From Leptolyngbyaceae cyanobacterium (GTDB lineage: Bacteria > Cyanobacteriota > Cyanobacteriia > Phormidesmidales > Phormidesmidaceae), in NCBI GenBank assembly GCA_050331235.1, contig JBHJHA010000005.1, forward strand, positions 37,371 through 101,370: a DNA stretch of 64,000 nucleotides, read 5' to 3'. Shown here one piece after another: positions 61,651 to 64,000 of this stretch; within the stretch, counting starts at the first letter, position 1, and every line of letters starts with the position of its first letter. The translations under genes were made by a program, and so were the position numbers. The notes under the pieces are model-generated. The model had not been told where the DNA came from. It did not search any database and saw only the letters and a list, made by a program, of their open reading frames with translations.

Positions 61651-62325
61651 ATGTTCACAACATTCTTGACTGGGCTTTTGTGGGGCCTAGCAATTGCAGC
61701 TCCGGTCGGGCCTATTGGCATTCTCTGTATCCGTCGCACCTTGGCCATGGGGCAGTGGATCGGGATGATGTCGGGGTTGGGGGCCGCCACCGCCGATGGC
61801 CTTTATGGTTGCATTGCAGGCTTTGGGTTGACCGCGATCGCTGATTTCCTAGTCGATCAGTCTACCTGGCTGCGAATTGTGGGCGGCATTTTTCTCTGCT
61901 ACCTCGGGGTGACGACCTTTTTCAGCCGACCGTCAATGACCGGTGGGACCGATGTCCCGGATTCTCTGGTAGCAGACACAAGCCACGTGCCAGCAGCGCG
62001 ATCGCTACTGGCAGCTTATAGCTCAACTTTGATATTGACTCTAACCAACCCTGCGACCCTCTTTTCCTTTGCGGCTATTTTTGCGGGAGTAGGAATGGTG
62101 GAATCTGGTCAAGATTTTGCTGGTTCGACAGTGCTCATTCTCGGTGTGTTTATTGGGTCAGCCCTCTGGTGGTTCTGTTTGAGTGGTGTGGTGAGTCTTT
62201 TTCGCCGTCGGTTTACCCCCGCCGCCCTAGGCTGGCTCAATCGATTTTCAGGGATGGTGTTGTTGGCTTTCGGCTGCATAGCATTGACCTATGGATTCAG
62301 GGCTTTACTGCTGGGCGATCTCTGA
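61651..62325 (+). CDS. LysE family translocator
   Basis: IAAPVGPIGILCIRRTL, GLGAATADGLYG, TLTNP, GSALWW. Confidence 0.94.
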   Translation: MFTTFLTGLLWGLAIAAPVGPIGILCIRRTLAMGQWIGMMSGLGAATADGLYGCIAGFGLTAIADFLVDQSTWLRIVGGIFLCYLGVTTFFSRPSMTGGTDVPDSLVADTSHVPAARSLLAAYSSTLILTLTNPATLFSFAAIFAGVGMVESGQDFAGSTVLILGVFIGSALWWFCLSGVVSLFRRRFTPAALGWLNRFSGMVLLAFGCIALTYGFRALLLGDL

Positions 62326-62342
62326 GTTCCCCATTTGGCGAC

Positions 62343-62972
62343 TCATTCGTCGACCTCTAGCGATTGCTCCATGATCCTGCCAACGATTTGGCTATGGGGG
62401 TCGGGACTGCTTTTCAGGGCTTGGGCGACATTTCTGCGATCAGTTTCACTGCGGTTTTGGCTTAGCTTATATTTGCCTTCAAGACGAGTCACTGGCATTT
62501 CAAAGCCGATAATGCCATTCATCATGCCGACGCGATATGACTCTGATAAGCTGTGCCACTGTTGTTGAAAGCTGGCCTCGTAGGTGTTGGTCATGTCGTC
62601 GATCATGGCGGCCATTTTATCGGGTGCCTGCTGCAACGTGATGACTCTGGGGACGCCGTAAGCATGAACGGCAATGTAATTCCAGGTAGGGACGTTTTCC
62701 TGCTGTTCGTAATGCTTGGGAGAGATGTAGGCATGTGGACCGGTAAAGATTGCTAGCGCTTCTCCTGTCTCTAGTGTCAGCGCTTGGGGATTTTGCCTGG
62801 CGAGGTGTCCGGTTAGCGTTAAGCTGTGGTCAATCACCGTGGTCACAAGCGGAATATGAGACGCCCGGATCTGACCATTCACGCTGGAAACCAGCGTCGC
62901 GAAACTGTGAGCTTGCATAAAGGCAACTAACTTATCGGTGTCATCTTCCCGGAATGCAGGGGGTCGGTACAT
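62343..62972 (-). CDS. PaiB family FMN-binding protein
   Basis: MYRPPAF, GHLARQNP, GPHAYISP, VPTWNYIAVH, KYKLSQN. Confidence 0.93.
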   Translation of the reverse strand: MYRPPAFREDDTDKLVAFMQAHSFATLVSSVNGQIRASHIPLVTTVIDHSLTLTGHLARQNPQALTLETGEALAIFTGPHAYISPKHYEQQENVPTWNYIAVHAYGVPRVITLQQAPDKMAAMIDDMTNTYEASFQQQWHSLSESYRVGMMNGIIGFEMPVTRLEGKYKLSQNRSETDRRNVAQALKSSPDPHSQIVGRIMEQSLEVDE

Positions 62973-63062
62973 AACTCAATAGCCTCGATGTGAGATTTTG
63001 CTGTCTGCCAATGCTCTCCTCTAAGCTAGACAGGTAGACCGTTGATTGCTGCCTCGCTAGCC

Positions 63063-64000
63063 ATGACTGCTTCTATTCCTGCTCCCTCATCTGTGGTTAC
63101 AGCGCCGGTTGTGGTTTATCCCGTCAGCATTGCCCCCATGATGGATAGAACGGATCGCCACTATCGCTACTTTATGCGGCAGATCACCAAACGGACCCTA
63201 CTCTACACAGAAATGGTGACGGCCCAGGCCATTCTCCATGGCGATCGCGATCGCCTGTTAGGATTTTCGCCCTTAGAAAAACCCTTAGTCTTGCAAGTGG
63301 GCGGCGACGATCCAGCCTGGCTGGCCCAGTGCGCCCGCATTGCTGCTGACTATGGCTACGACGAAATCAATCTCAATGTGGGCTGCCCCAGCGATCGTGT
63401 CCAGAGTGGCAACTTCGGTGCCTGTCTGATGGCGCAGCCAGATTTGGTTGCCGAGTGTGTTGCCGCGATGATAGCCGCTGCCTCACTCCCGGTTAGTGTC
63501 AAACATCGGATTGGCATTGACGATCAGGACAGTTATGAGCACATGGCTAACTTTGTTGCAACGGTCGCCACCACTGGCTGTCAGCAGTTTAGTGTCCATG
63601 CTCGCAAGGCTTGGCTGCAGGGCCTTAGCCCTAAGGAAAACCGGGACGTGCCGCCGCTGCGCTATGCCGATGTGTATCGCCTGAAGCGAGACTTTCCTCA
63701 TCTGTGCATCGAAATCAATGGCGGCATCAAGACGCTGGCTCAAGTGCGTGATCACCTTGCCCAAGTGGACGCGGTCATGATTGGCCGCGCAGCTTACGAT
63801 ATCCCCTATTTGTTTGCTGAGGTTGACCGCCGATTTTTCGGGGTTGAGGACGCGGTGAATACGCGATCACAAGTGGTCGAAGCGATGTTGCCTTATGTTG
63901 ACTACTGGACTGGTCAAGGTCTCAAACTCAACAGCATCACGCGCCATATGCTCATGCTCTTTCATGGACAACCGGGCAGCCGCACTTGGCGCCGTCTGAT
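63063..64000 (+). CDS. dusA: tRNA-dihydrouridine(20/20a) synthase, 3'-truncated by window edge
   Basis: Missing from the ORF track because there is no stop in the window. ATG 63063 frame gives SIAPMMDRTDRHYRYF, LYTEMVT, EINLNVGCPSDRVQSGNFGACLM, VHARKAWLQGLSPKENR, EINGG, MIGRAAY. Confidence 0.96.
   Translation, partial: MTASIPAPSSVVTAPVVVYPVSIAPMMDRTDRHYRYFMRQITKRTLLYTEMVTAQAILHGDRDRLLGFSPLEKPLVLQVGGDDPAWLAQCARIAADYGYDEINLNVGCPSDRVQSGNFGACLMAQPDLVAECVAAMIAAASLPVSVKHRIGIDDQDSYEHMANFVATVATTGCQQFSVHARKAWLQGLSPKENRDVPPLRYADVYRLKRDFPHLCIEINGGIKTLAQVRDHLAQVDAVMIGRAAYDIPYLFAEVDRRFFGVEDAVNTRSQVVEAMLPYVDYWTGQGLKLNSITRHMLMLFHGQPGSRTWRRL

Overview
Core-genome window from a filamentous cyanobacterium (about 50-55% GC by eye, dense HIP1 GCGATCGC octamers; probably Leptolyngbya/Nodosilinea-like, which is an inference). 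It is mostly housekeeping genes: ctpA-type protease, sppA, aroH, crtR, pyk, ppsA, pepN, psbA, rplY, purA, adenosine deaminase, aspS, the atp1-a-c-b'-b-delta-alpha-gamma operon, a GH116 hydrolase, recJ, a PAS-GGDEF cyclase, panB, hemJ, Lrp/LysE and a partial dusA. I saw no CRISPR array, tRNA, rRNA, prophage or intact mobile element; there is one IS5 remnant and one amber-interrupted gene. The strongest oddities are (1) RecJ extended by a coiled coil and a C-terminal helical domain with a HEPN-type RxxxxH motif, a candidate DNase-RNase fusion; (2) a ~165-nt nested stem-loop leader upstream of panB that covers its ribosome-binding site; (3) a psbA with four substitutions in the normally invariant TSSL(I/V)RE segment and a short plastid-like 353-aa C-terminus. 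All family assignments come from motif recognition by eye; no searches were run.
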